Below, one piece after another: positions 47,821 to 57,710 of a stretch of DNA of 64,000 nt (positions are counted from its first letter, which is position 1; the number at the start of each line of letters is the position of its first letter). A program made the position numbers and the translations under genes. Source of the stretch: a virus. Taxonomy: Duplodnaviria; Caudoviricetes. The notes under the pieces were generated by a model, which worked only from the letters and a program-made list of their open reading frames with translations, did not search any database and was not told where the DNA came from. The stretch spans positions 1 through 64,000 of IMG/VR virus record IMGVR_UViG_3300033061_001635; one strand, written 5' to 3'.

Positions 47821-48243
47821 ATGTATCCCTCAAGATATTCTAATGGTAAGGATGTTACAGCAGCTCAATATATAACTGAACTTATATGTGAACATAAAGC
47901 TGTATGTGATAAACTAGATCTTCATTATAAATTTTGGATCAACAAAGAATGGTCAAAATACTATAGAGATCAAATTGCTACAGCTAATAAGTTATTAAAA
48001 AAATATGATGCTAAATCTATTATTAGGGCTTTAAATGATGCCAAAGCTGCAAAAATCTATTCTTTGCGAGCACCTCATCTGATAGCTATAATAGAAAAAC
48101 ATGATACGATTGTCAAAAATGAATCTAACTCTCTCGAAATAGATATAAATAGATCAGAGAATAAGAGTTTTAGAAACAAAAACCAACAGAATAAAAATAT
48201 ATTTTCCAAATTAAAGGAATTAGATGATGGCAACAACGCTTAA
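47821..48243 (+). CDS. hypothetical protein
   Basis: 140-aa ORF upstream of recA. Confidence 0.65.
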   Translation: MYPSRYSNGKDVTAAQYITELICEHKAVCDKLDLHYKFWINKEWSKYYRDQIATANKLLKKYDAKSIIRALNDAKAAKIYSLRAPHLIAIIEKHDTIVKNESNSLEIDINRSENKSFRNKNQQNKNIFSKLKELDDGNNA

Positions 48244-49246
48244 AGAAGATGTGATGAAAACATTTGGCGATCAGATCATATTATCTGGTAATGCTTTAGT
48301 GGATAAAAAAGTACTAACTATTCCAGTAAGTCCATCATTAGACATTGCTTTAAATGGTGGAATACCAGAAGGTAGTTTCGTAGTCCTAACAGGACAACCA
48401 AAATGTGGTAAAACCACGTCATCACTAGATTTTGCAGCAACTGCTCAGAAATTAGAATATGCTCATGGTTCTTTTAAAGATGGTCGCCAAGTGTATTACC
48501 TAAATATCGAGGGTAGATTAAAAAAAAGAGATCTAGAAGGAATACCCGGATTGGATCTTGCTAGATTTCATGTGATAGGTAGTCAACAAGGGAAGATTTT
48601 ACACGGAGAAGAATATTTGCAAATAGGAGAAAGAATCATTAATGAGATTCCTGGATGCGTACTAATCATAGACTCGTATTCTGCTTTATGTACAGAGGCA
48701 GAAATTACCAGTGATATGGACAAAATGCAAAGGGCCGACGGTGCAAAACTGCTAGCTAAATTTTGTCGTAAAGTTGCAAATGTTATTCCTGTTAATAAAA
48801 ATATTGTAATAGGCATAACCCACTTAATGGGAAATCCTACCGGCTATGGTGCAGAATTTAAAGAGAAAAGCGGCCAAGCTATTGCTTATCAAACTGATAT
48901 TAAGCTCAGGGCTAAAACATTTAAACCATGGGTAGTTGGAACTGATAATACTCAAATCGGGCAGGAGATCGAATGGCAGGTGGTCTGCTCGGCACTTGGA
49001 CCTCCTGGCGCAGTAACTACTAGTTATATCCGCTATGGTCAAGGAATAGACAAGTGTACGGAATTGGTCAATTTGGCATCTGATCTAGGAATCATTAGTA
49101 AGGGTGGAGCTTGGTATACGATCACAACTCTTGATGATAAACCTAAATTTCAAGGAACAGAAAAGGTCAGAGCATTTTTATTAGAAAATCCCAAAGCATA
49201 CGATACTATTGAAAAGTCTGTAAAAGAGGTTTTAGGTATTAAATGA
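48224..49246 (+). CDS. recA: RecA/UvsX recombinase
   Basis: SPSLDIALNGGIP.G, GQPKCGKTT, IIDS, GAWY, FQG. Confidence 0.9.
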   Translation: MMATTLKEDVMKTFGDQIILSGNALVDKKVLTIPVSPSLDIALNGGIPEGSFVVLTGQPKCGKTTSSLDFAATAQKLEYAHGSFKDGRQVYYLNIEGRLKKRDLEGIPGLDLARFHVIGSQQGKILHGEEYLQIGERIINEIPGCVLIIDSYSALCTEAEITSDMDKMQRADGAKLLAKFCRKVANVIPVNKNIVIGITHLMGNPTGYGAEFKEKSGQAIAYQTDIKLRAKTFKPWVVGTDNTQIGQEIEWQVVCSALGPPGAVTTSYIRYGQGIDKCTELVNLASDLGIISKGGAWYTITTLDDKPKFQGTEKVRAFLLENPKAYDTIEKSVKEVLGIK

Positions 49247-49653
49247 TAGTTAAAGATTTAGATAATAATAATGTAAATTGGCATTTAACAGGACATATTG
49301 CCAAGGGTAGGATACAAGGAAAATCATCATTCCATTTGGCTGCTAGAAAAATATTAATAGAACTATTCCCCACATTACAAATTTTAGAAGAAGTACCGAT
49401 ACCATTAAGAAAATCAGAAACATTATATTTAGATTTTTATCTACCTTTGGTTAAAAGGGCCATAGAAGTTCATGGTGAACAACATTACAAATTCATACCG
49501 TTTTATCATTCAAACAGAATCAATTTTTTAAAAGCACAAAAAAGAGATAATGAAAAAAAAGAGTGGTGCGAAAAAAATGGTATAAAACATATTACTTTAC
49601 CATATTTTGAAAACAGTGAAAAATGGAAGGCAATGATATTATATGACAACTAG
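49243..49653 (+). CDS. Vsr/DUF559-like PD-(D/E)xK endonuclease
   Basis: LDFYLP, IEVHGEQH, RD..K..WC..NGI. Confidence 0.75.
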   Translation: MIVKDLDNNNVNWHLTGHIAKGRIQGKSSFHLAARKILIELFPTLQILEEVPIPLRKSETLYLDFYLPLVKRAIEVHGEQHYKFIPFYHSNRINFLKAQKRDNEKKEWCEKNGIKHITLPYFENSEKWKAMILYDN

Positions 49654-50140
49654 ATCATCAAAAGAAGATATACAATATTGGGATACTATTCTTGATGAAT
49701 ATGAGTCCTCTCTTTCTTTACCCAAATACGCGGCGCAGTACGGAGTAGCTGAACAAGAGATTAATCAATACCTAAGCATGAGCAGAGACGAAATAGAAAA
49801 AATCTCTCCAGAAGATTGTGCTCAAATTTCTTTTAGATTAGCACAGTTTGCATTTCATATACAACGAACAATTAACAGAGAAATTGCTAGACACAATTGG
49901 TCAGAAGAAAGTATTAAAGAGACAATAGCAGATGAAATAAATAATTATAAAGGTTATGGTTTTATCGAAAAATCTTTACAAGCAATAAAGCATAATGAAA
50001 AAGCAAATAGTCTAAATCAAATTAAAAAATATTCTAAACAAAGAATAGACAGATTAAGTTATTTAGCCAACAGTATTAAAAATCTATCAGATATTATGAT
50101 GGCAATTCAAAAAACTAAGGTGCAACATGGACCCAAATGA
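49643..50140 (+). CDS. helical hypothetical protein (possible UvsY-like mediator)
   Basis: Coiled-coil character and position between recA and the helicase; function is a guess. Confidence 0.5.
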   Translation: MTTRSSKEDIQYWDTILDEYESSLSLPKYAAQYGVAEQEINQYLSMSRDEIEKISPEDCAQISFRLAQFAFHIQRTINREIARHNWSEESIKETIADEINNYKGYGFIEKSLQAIKHNEKANSLNQIKKYSKQRIDRLSYLANSIKNLSDIMMAIQKTKVQHGPK

Positions 50141-50564
50141 TTTATTAAAAGACCCAGAACAACTTAAAGCCCTAATATCAATTTTACAAAGTCTTGTTGA
50201 TCAGACTCCTCAAGAAACTAAACAAAAACAAGATGTGGCACCAGCAAAGGAGTCGCCTACTATAAAGACGAAGGGTCGCCAAAAGGCAGGGACTAATAAT
50301 TCAATAAAAACCAAACAAACTAAAAAAATAACAACAGACAATATAAATAAATTTGATAAAATGTCTGAATTTAGAATGCATAAGGATGATTGTGCGGTTG
50401 ATAAAAAACTATCAAAACACCCTCCTGTAGCACGAATGAGGGACTTTGAATTTATTGATGTAGTATGTCGAGTTTGTGGTAAAAAAGAAACTGTTCCACC
50501 TACTCTGCTTTTTGATATACCTTCTAGATATAAATGCAATAATTGCTCAACACACTCTGGATAA
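50127..50564 (+). CDS. hypothetical protein with C-terminal zinc ribbon
   Basis: CRVCG...CNNC. Confidence 0.65.
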   Translation: MDPNDLLKDPEQLKALISILQSLVDQTPQETKQKQDVAPAKESPTIKTKGRQKAGTNNSIKTKQTKKITTDNINKFDKMSEFRMHKDDCAVDKKLSKHPPVARMRDFEFIDVVCRVCGKKETVPPTLLFDIPSRYKCNNCSTHSG

Positions 50565-50567
50565 AAT

Positions 50568-52040
50568 ATGATTTTATGTGACCCGTCCGCAGAACGCGCT
50601 ATATTAAGTGGAATTTTGAAATACGGAGAGGATGCCTATTTGGATATTGCGGATATTATCCAGGAATCTTCTTTTACAATTGACAGTAATCAAATAATAT
50701 TTAAGTGTTTAAAAAACATTTGTGAAAAAGAACCAAAGCCGAACATTGATCTTGCGTCAGTGTACTCTTCGGCTCAAGAGCTTAATTTATCACATATATT
50801 GTCTAAAAAAGAAGAAACCCAACACCTAAAAGCTATTTTTGATTTTCCGGTACATTTAGAAAATATTAGAAAATTTGCATCCAAGATTAAAAAATTAGAG
50901 ATAGCTAGACTCTTACACAAGGAAATGGAGGATGTGCAAGAAAAGCTATTGGATGTTACTGGTTCAGAGTCAATATCTGCCATATTGGGTATTGCTGAAG
51001 AAAAGATATTCAATTTTACAAACGCACTTTCTGCAGAGAGCGATTCTGCTCCTAAGTTTATAGCAGAGAGTATAGATAATTACATAGAGTTTCTACAAAG
51101 TAATAAAGTAGATCAAATAGGAATACCTACTGGATTTCCAGCATACGATCAGGCGATAGGTGGAGGTTTAAGAAAAGGAACAGTTAATGTTATAGCGGCA
51201 CGACCAAAAGTAGGAAAAACGCTGCTCTCTGATAATATTGGATACTATATTGCGAGCAAGTTACAAATTCCTGTATTAAACATGGATACAGAAATGACCA
51301 AAGAAGATCATATCCATAGAATTTTGGCTATGTCATCAGAAATAGAAATATCAAAGATCGAGACAGGCAAGTTCACGGATACCCCAAGTTCTGCAACCAA
51401 AATAAAACAGGCAATAGACGAACTTAAAAATAGTAAGTTATATCATAAAAGCATAGCAGGAAAACCATTCGAGGAACAACTGTCTATTATGCGAAGATGG
51501 ATATCTAAAGAAGTTGGACTTAATGATGACGGAACAGCAAAAGACTGTGTTATTATTTATGACTATTTAAAACTAATGGATAGTACAGGAATAAACCAAG
51601 ATATGAAAGAATATCAGGTTCTTGGCTTTATGATGACAAGTTTACATAATTTTGCTATACAATATAAAGTCCCAATATTATCTTTTATACAATTAAATAG
51701 AGACGGTATCACAAAAGAAAGCACTGATACTGCGAGTGGATCAGATAGAATTATTTGGCTATGTAGTAATTTTACAATATTCAAAAGAAAAAGTGACGAA
51801 GAAATTGCTGAGGATGGGCAAGATGCGGGTAATAGGAAATTGGTTCCATTAATCAGTCGCCACGGCGGTGGATTAGATGACAATGATTATATTAATTGTC
51901 ACATGAAGGGCTGGTGTGCTAAAATAACAGAGGGACAAACCAGATTAGAACTACTACATGGATCAAAAAAGCAAAAAGGCGGATTTATAATCAATGACAA
52001 TAATGAAGATGAAGAAAAACAAGACATACCATTCGTATGA
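50568..52040 (+). CDS. dnaB: replicative DnaB helicase
   Basis: AERAIL, GIPTGF, AARPKVGKT, EM, DYL, QLNR, RHG. Confidence 0.95.
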   Translation: MILCDPSAERAILSGILKYGEDAYLDIADIIQESSFTIDSNQIIFKCLKNICEKEPKPNIDLASVYSSAQELNLSHILSKKEETQHLKAIFDFPVHLENIRKFASKIKKLEIARLLHKEMEDVQEKLLDVTGSESISAILGIAEEKIFNFTNALSAESDSAPKFIAESIDNYIEFLQSNKVDQIGIPTGFPAYDQAIGGGLRKGTVNVIAARPKVGKTLLSDNIGYYIASKLQIPVLNMDTEMTKEDHIHRILAMSSEIEISKIETGKFTDTPSSATKIKQAIDELKNSKLYHKSIAGKPFEEQLSIMRRWISKEVGLNDDGTAKDCVIIYDYLKLMDSTGINQDMKEYQVLGFMMTSLHNFAIQYKVPILSFIQLNRDGITKESTDTASGSDRIIWLCSNFTIFKRKSDEEIAEDGQDAGNRKLVPLISRHGGGLDDNDYINCHMKGWCAKITEGQTRLELLHGSKKQKGGFIINDNNEDEEKQDIPFV

Positions 52041-53172
52041 TCAATATCAACTTAAGAATTTATCAGACTTAGTGTGTGATGATATCGAGAATTTATTAAA
52101 TTCTTTAGGTATAGAATCATATAAAATATTTGATAAAATGGTCACTATGAGTTGCCCAATTCATGGTGGAGATAATGATTCTGCACTGAATCTATACTAC
52201 AAGGGAGACTCATATAGAGGAAACTGGAAATGTAGAACTCACCAGTGTGAGAATATTTTTAAGTCATCAATTATTGGTTTTATAAGAGGATGCTTGTCTA
52301 AAGATGGCGGATGGAATAAAGAAGGTGATGACATGGTGTCTTTTAAAGACGCTATAGACTTTGCTATTAAATTTTCTAATCACGACCCGGTCAATGATAA
52401 ACAAACGAGAAAAGTAAAAGAAAAAAATACGTTTGTTAATACTATAAAAAATATTTCTATAGACGTTAGTAATAAACCAAATGAAGTTGTTGTTCCAAGG
52501 AATTTGGTCATTAAGGCGCTAGACATACCATCACAATATTTCTTAGACAGAGGATTTTCTAAAGAAGTATTAATAAAGTACGACGTAGGAGACTGTATCA
52601 ATTCATCAAAAGAAATGAATAATAGAGCAGTTGTGCCGGTATATGATCAAAATATGAGGGGGATGATAGGCTGCACTGGCAGAAGCATACACGATAAATG
52701 TACAAACTGTAATTCTTTTCACGATATTAATGAAAAGTGTCCTAATGATAATGAAAAATGGCTTAGTTCCAAATGGAGACATAGTAAAAATTTTAAGACC
52801 CAGGAACATCTATATAATTATTGGTTTGCTAAAAAACATATCTTAGCATCAAAAACTGTGGTTATAGTCGAAAGCCCTGGCAATGTTTGGAGATTAGAAG
52901 AAGCAGGGATACATAATAGTATAGCAATATTTGGTTCGTCACTCGGATACAAACAAAAGGCCTTATTAGATATATCTGGAGCTATGAATATAGTAACAAT
53001 AATGGATAACGATAAGGCTGGTAAAGATGCAGCAAAACAAATCGAAGACAAATGTGGAAGAATATATAATATAAAACACATAGAGATTAATGCAAATGAT
53101 ATTGCAGAAATGAGCATTGATGATATAGTAACAACCATATCCCCACAGATAAAGGAATACGAATTATGTTAG
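51994..53172 (+). CDS. dnaG: DnaG-type primase
   Basis: CPIH...C...C zinc-binding domain; YFLDRGF; TOPRIM VES and DNDKAG. Confidence 0.9.
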   Translation: MTIMKMKKNKTYHSYDQYQLKNLSDLVCDDIENLLNSLGIESYKIFDKMVTMSCPIHGGDNDSALNLYYKGDSYRGNWKCRTHQCENIFKSSIIGFIRGCLSKDGGWNKEGDDMVSFKDAIDFAIKFSNHDPVNDKQTRKVKEKNTFVNTIKNISIDVSNKPNEVVVPRNLVIKALDIPSQYFLDRGFSKEVLIKYDVGDCINSSKEMNNRAVVPVYDQNMRGMIGCTGRSIHDKCTNCNSFHDINEKCPNDNEKWLSSKWRHSKNFKTQEHLYNYWFAKKHILASKTVVIVESPGNVWRLEEAGIHNSIAIFGSSLGYKQKALLDISGAMNIVTIMDNDKAGKDAAKQIEDKCGRIYNIKHIEINANDIAEMSIDDIVTTISPQIKEYELC

Positions 53173-53924
53173 TTTTAGGTATATCTGGCAAAAAACAGTC
53201 GGGTAAAACCACAGCAGGAAATTTTATTCTATCGCTATATCTTGCCAAACTAAATGCGAGTGAAAAACTTTATATAGATAATGATGGAAATATACTAATA
53301 TCAGATTTGTGTGGTGATAAATCATATGAGGGTATTTTTTCTATACAATCTATATTATCAAGAGAAATAATTTCTAGTGATATTTTATTATTTTTAGAGA
53401 AATTACAGAATGAAATAAAAATCTATAATTTTGCAGATATATTAAAAACAGACATATGCATGAATATACTAGGCTTGACTTATGAACAGTGCTATGGATC
53501 AGATGAAAATAAAAATGAATTAACGTCTGTTAAGTGGCCGTCAGAAATAGCCAATGATAAATCTAGTAAATTTATGACAGCGAGAGAAGTTATGCAATAT
53601 GTGGGTACGGATATCTTTAGAAAGATGGATACTAATGTTTGGGTAAAGTCAACCATTAATAAAATACTTAAAGAAAATCCTGAGTTAGCAATTATTACAG
53701 ATTGTCGATTTCCAAATGAAGTAGAAGCAATAAAAAATATTGGTGGAAAAGTATTGAGATTAACTAGGAGTCCATTTTTATCTAATCATATTAGTGAGAC
53801 AGTATTAGATAAAGAAAACTATGATTGGAATAATTTTGATCATGTTATTAATAACGAAAATAATAATCTATATGATCAATTCTCTGAGCTTAAAACCATT
53901 TTAGAAAAACTATTAAATCTATGA
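53166..53924 (+). CDS. deoxynucleoside monophosphate kinase
   Basis: GKKQSGKT, FAD.LK, REVMQYVGT, DCRFPNE, HISE. Confidence 0.9.
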   Translation: MLVLGISGKKQSGKTTAGNFILSLYLAKLNASEKLYIDNDGNILISDLCGDKSYEGIFSIQSILSREIISSDILLFLEKLQNEIKIYNFADILKTDICMNILGLTYEQCYGSDENKNELTSVKWPSEIANDKSSKFMTAREVMQYVGTDIFRKMDTNVWVKSTINKILKENPELAIITDCRFPNEVEAIKNIGGKVLRLTRSPFLSNHISETVLDKENYDWNNFDHVINNENNNLYDQFSELKTILEKLLNL

Positions 53925-54961
53925 TTATTACATACTTTCGAAGCAGTTCTTATAATACCCACAATATGTGTGAACAACAGTATTTTGGAGAATATGTGTT
54001 GGGATGGAGGGGTTTGTCTGGGCAGAAAGCAGATAAAGGAACTATCACTCATAAAATATTAGAAATATTAGCTGTTATTAAAAAAGCGCAGCAAGATCAG
54101 CAAGATACTATTAATGACGATTTGATCGGAGAAGTTAGTGTTCATAATTATGATTTAGATAATATAATAGATCAAGTGTACTCATACTACACTTCTAATG
54201 CACAACATCATAAGTGGTCACCGAAAGACCATAAAGATTGTAAAAATTGGGTCTATAAAGCTATAGAATTTAATAATGGAATGTTTGATCCAAGAAATCG
54301 AAACATACTATGTCCAGAGCAGCATTTTGATTTTGAAATTAAGAAATCTTGGGCTAAATATAGTTATGATACTAATGGAGAAAAATTAGAGGGTAATTTA
54401 GCTTTAAAGGGCACTATTGATCTGATAACACTAGTTAATGATTCTACCATAGAGATTATAGACTGGAAAACTGGTCGTAGATTAGACTGGGCAACAGGAG
54501 AAGAAAAAACTCAAGAAAAACTAGAAAAAGATCCTCAGTTAAAAATATATCATTACGCAATAAAACATCTATATCCTCATATTAAAAATATAATATTCTC
54601 AATATATTTTATTAATGATGGAGGTCCATTTTCTATATGTTTTCATGATTCTGATCTCAGTTCTACTGAAGATATGTTGAGACAAAAATTTGAAGCAGTT
54701 AGGAGCACCAAAAAACCGCGACTTAATAAAAGCTGGATGTGCAGTAAATTATGTCATTTTGGCAAAACAACATTTGAAGGAACTCATATACAGCCGATAG
54801 AAGAATATAGAGATGGACAAGTATGCAAAATTGGTCAAATAATGACAAAGTGTGAACAAATAAAGCATGATCTTGACCTTTATGGTATCGACACTACAAT
54901 GGGTTTGTATAAAAACAAAAATCACTCATTTGGAAGTTACAAGGCCCCAGGATCGATATGA
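53921..54961 (+). CDS. Cas4/RecB-like PD-(D/E)xK exonuclease
   Basis: GTITH, E, GTIDL, IIDWKTG, QLKIY; N- and C-terminal Cys. Confidence 0.85.
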   Translation: MIITYFRSSSYNTHNMCEQQYFGEYVLGWRGLSGQKADKGTITHKILEILAVIKKAQQDQQDTINDDLIGEVSVHNYDLDNIIDQVYSYYTSNAQHHKWSPKDHKDCKNWVYKAIEFNNGMFDPRNRNILCPEQHFDFEIKKSWAKYSYDTNGEKLEGNLALKGTIDLITLVNDSTIEIIDWKTGRRLDWATGEEKTQEKLEKDPQLKIYHYAIKHLYPHIKNIIFSIYFINDGGPFSICFHDSDLSSTEDMLRQKFEAVRSTKKPRLNKSWMCSKLCHFGKTTFEGTHIQPIEEYRDGQVCKIGQIMTKCEQIKHDLDLYGIDTTMGLYKNKNHSFGSYKAPGSI

Positions 54962-56829
54962 AACAAAAAACTTATTCTGTTTTACATGCACATTCTCACT
55001 ATAGTCTATTGGACGGATTAAGCAAGCCTAGTCAAATAGCCGAAAGATGCTTTAATGCTGGAATTAAAACCTGTGCAATAACTGATCATGGAACTATTTC
55101 CGGATGTGTTCAGTTTTATCAGGCGATGAAGGCCAAAAAGATTAAACCAATATTAGGTTGTGAACTTTACATACCTAAAAATGACTCATTTGTTAAAGAA
55201 AAAGAAAACAATAATCTGAGTCACTTCCTGGTTCTTGCTAAAAATTTAGCAGGATGGAATACTCTTGTGAAAATCATATCTGAAACAAATAGAATAGACA
55301 ACTTTTATCATAAGCCAAGAATCAGTTTTGATAGACTGGCCCCTATGTTGGATGGAAATATTATAGGCTTTTGTGGTCATTTAGGATCAAGTATATCAGA
55401 CTTGGTTGAGGAAAATCCTGATAACTATACTGATAAGGCAATATCTTTTATAGATCATATGAAAGAAATATTTGGAAAAGATAATTTCTTTCTAGAAGCT
55501 CAACTCATGGATCAGGAACTGAATCCTAAACAAAAAGAAATGACAGATATAATGAGAGAATTATCTGTTAAGACTAAAACCAAAATAATAGCCACCCCAG
55601 ATGCTCACTATTGTGAAAGAAAAGATGCTATTGATCAAAGAATTTTATTATGTAATAATCTTAAGACAACTTTGATAGATATAAATAAGAAACTCTTAGC
55701 CAACCAGGATGTGCCAATGAGTTGCTTTTTTAAATCGGACAATTATCATATTCCAGATCCAGAAGAAATGATGGAGTGGCATACTAAGGAAGAAATTGAA
55801 AATACTTTATATGTAGATTCAATATGCGAGGAGTATTCTATTCTTAACAAGCCATTACTTCCCGCTTTCGAATGCCCAAATAATTCTAATCCAGAAGAAT
55901 ATCTGAGACAATTATGTAGAGATGGTTGGAGAGAAAAGATAATGAATGATATTCCAGAATCTGAACATACAAAATATGCAGATAGAGTAAAATTAGAATT
56001 AGATATTTTACAAAAAGCTGGATTATCTAGTTACTTTCTTATAGTGCAAGATATTGTAAACTATGTCAAGAAGAGTGGATGGCTTCCCGGACCAGGAAGA
56101 GGAAGTGCTGCAGGGTGTTTGGTTTCCTATTTAATTGGTATTACTCAAATTGATCCGATCAAATATGATTTACTCTTTGAGAGATTTTATAATGAGGGCC
56201 GTAACACCGCAGATCATATCTCCATGCCAGATATTGATGTTGACGTTCCTATTACAAAAAGAGAACAAATTATAGAATATATTAAGAATAAATACGGTAT
56301 AGATAAAGTTAGTCAAATGATCACTTTTAATACTATGAAAGGTCGTGGCGCCTTAAAAGAAGTATTGAGAGTATATGATAATATTTCTTTCGAAGAGACA
56401 AACCGTATAACCAAGTTTATACCAGATGAGGCCAAAATTGCAGACGAACTACAAGAAATGAAGGAAGATACTGGAGAAGCTTCAATTATTCGTTGGGCGT
56501 TAGAAAATAATGTTGACAAACTCAAAGAATGGTGCTATATATCTAGTGACGGTTCATTGGCCGGACCGTTGGCAAAAAGATTCGAACAGGCTATTAGACT
56601 AGAAGGAACAAAATCTAATCAATCTAAACACGCGGCCGGTGTAGTAATTAGCAGCAAGAGCCTTGGCAGTGTATGCCCTATGGTTTATGATAATAAAAAC
56701 AAGCAGTCCATCGCGGGCATGGAAATGCAAGACTTAGAAAGTTTGGGTCTGATTAAATTTGATATTTTGGGAGTTGCTATGTTAGACAAAATCATGACAA
56801 TATCAGAAATTTTATCAAAAGGAGAATAA
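54958..56829 (+). CDS. dnaE: DNA polymerase III alpha, N-terminal part (PHP, palm, thumb)
   Basis: HAHSHYSLLDG, TDHG, DAHY, GRGSAAG, PDIDVD, HAAG, KFDILG. Confidence 0.95.
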   Translation: MKQKTYSVLHAHSHYSLLDGLSKPSQIAERCFNAGIKTCAITDHGTISGCVQFYQAMKAKKIKPILGCELYIPKNDSFVKEKENNNLSHFLVLAKNLAGWNTLVKIISETNRIDNFYHKPRISFDRLAPMLDGNIIGFCGHLGSSISDLVEENPDNYTDKAISFIDHMKEIFGKDNFFLEAQLMDQELNPKQKEMTDIMRELSVKTKTKIIATPDAHYCERKDAIDQRILLCNNLKTTLIDINKKLLANQDVPMSCFFKSDNYHIPDPEEMMEWHTKEEIENTLYVDSICEEYSILNKPLLPAFECPNNSNPEEYLRQLCRDGWREKIMNDIPESEHTKYADRVKLELDILQKAGLSSYFLIVQDIVNYVKKSGWLPGPGRGSAAGCLVSYLIGITQIDPIKYDLLFERFYNEGRNTADHISMPDIDVDVPITKREQIIEYIKNKYGIDKVSQMITFNTMKGRGALKEVLRVYDNISFEETNRITKFIPDEAKIADELQEMKEDTGEASIIRWALENNVDKLKEWCYISSDGSLAGPLAKRFEQAIRLEGTKSNQSKHAAGVVISSKSLGSVCPMVYDNKNKQSIAGMEMQDLESLGLIKFDILGVAMLDKIMTISEILSKGE

Positions 56830-56831
56830 AG

Positions 56832-57011
56832 ATGGAGAAAAAGTTTGCAGATTTAGCTGTTGGTGAAAAATTTAGTGTTAACGGTACGGAATACATTAAG
56901 TCAGACGAAGTTAGGATTAGCTGTTGCAGATCAGTGAATTGTTATGCAACTGCTGATTCTTCTCAAAAAGGACATTTTCCTGGTGACACAGTAGTAGTGG
57001 TAAATGGCTAA
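56832..57011 (+). CDS. small Cys-containing protein, 59 aa (not in ORF track)
   Basis: MEKKFADLAVGEKFSVNGTEYIKSDEVRISCCRSVNC...; AGGAG SD; overlaps the start of the next gene. Confidence 0.7.
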   Translation: MEKKFADLAVGEKFSVNGTEYIKSDEVRISCCRSVNCYATADSSQKGHFPGDTVVVVNG

Positions 57012-57699
57012 TACACAAAAAATTTGCGTTTTCGATTTGGAAACAGATGGTGCCAATCCAGATTTGTGCAGTCCTGTGCAAATAGCTGCGATTATGGTAG
57101 ATCCATTCAAATTGGAAATAATTAAAAATTCGGAATTCAATATTAATGTTAAACCATTAGCAATAGAAAATAATCCTGAATACTCATATGAAGATTCAGA
57201 CGTATTAGATTTTCATGCAAAGGTTAGAGGCTCTACAAAAGAAAGCGTTTTAGAGTCTTGGAAAACTTATCAAAAGCAAGAACATGGCTGGGGAATGTTT
57301 GTATCTTACCTAGATATGTATCATATTCGTAGTCATAGCAAAAAATCCTGCTTCTCAGCACCAATCGCAGCCGGATACAATATAAACAGATTTGATTTGC
57401 GTATTATAGAAAAATTAAGTACAAAGTACAATAATCTTAATAAAGAAGGAAGATCATCTTTATTTTATCCAAGAGATGTAATTGATATTATGAACTTAGT
57501 TTTTTATTGGTTTGAAGGCAATAACGAGCTTAAAAATTATACTCTTGATAACTTAAGAGATTATCTTGGTATAGATAAAACAGGATCACACGACGCTCTA
57601 AAAGATGTGAAAGATACTGCACAAATTTTAATTAGATTTTTAAAATTGCACAGGAATATTGCTAACAAAGTTAAGTTTAAATCATCATTCATTGGATAA
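57004..57699 (+). CDS. dnaQ: DEDDh 3'-5' exonuclease (Pol III epsilon-like)
   Basis: FDLETD, AGYN..FD, HDALKD. Confidence 0.9.
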   Translation: MANTQKICVFDLETDGANPDLCSPVQIAAIMVDPFKLEIIKNSEFNINVKPLAIENNPEYSYEDSDVLDFHAKVRGSTKESVLESWKTYQKQEHGWGMFVSYLDMYHIRSHSKKSCFSAPIAAGYNINRFDLRIIEKLSTKYNNLNKEGRSSLFYPRDVIDIMNLVFYWFEGNNELKNYTLDNLRDYLGIDKTGSHDALKDVKDTAQILIRFLKLHRNIANKVKFKSSFIG

Positions 57700-57710
57700 T
57701 AGTATTTATA

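Noticed and set aside
53921-54961. Cas4 as part of a CRISPR-Cas system
   Set aside because: No array or other cas genes; stand-alone nucleases of this type are common in phage replication modules
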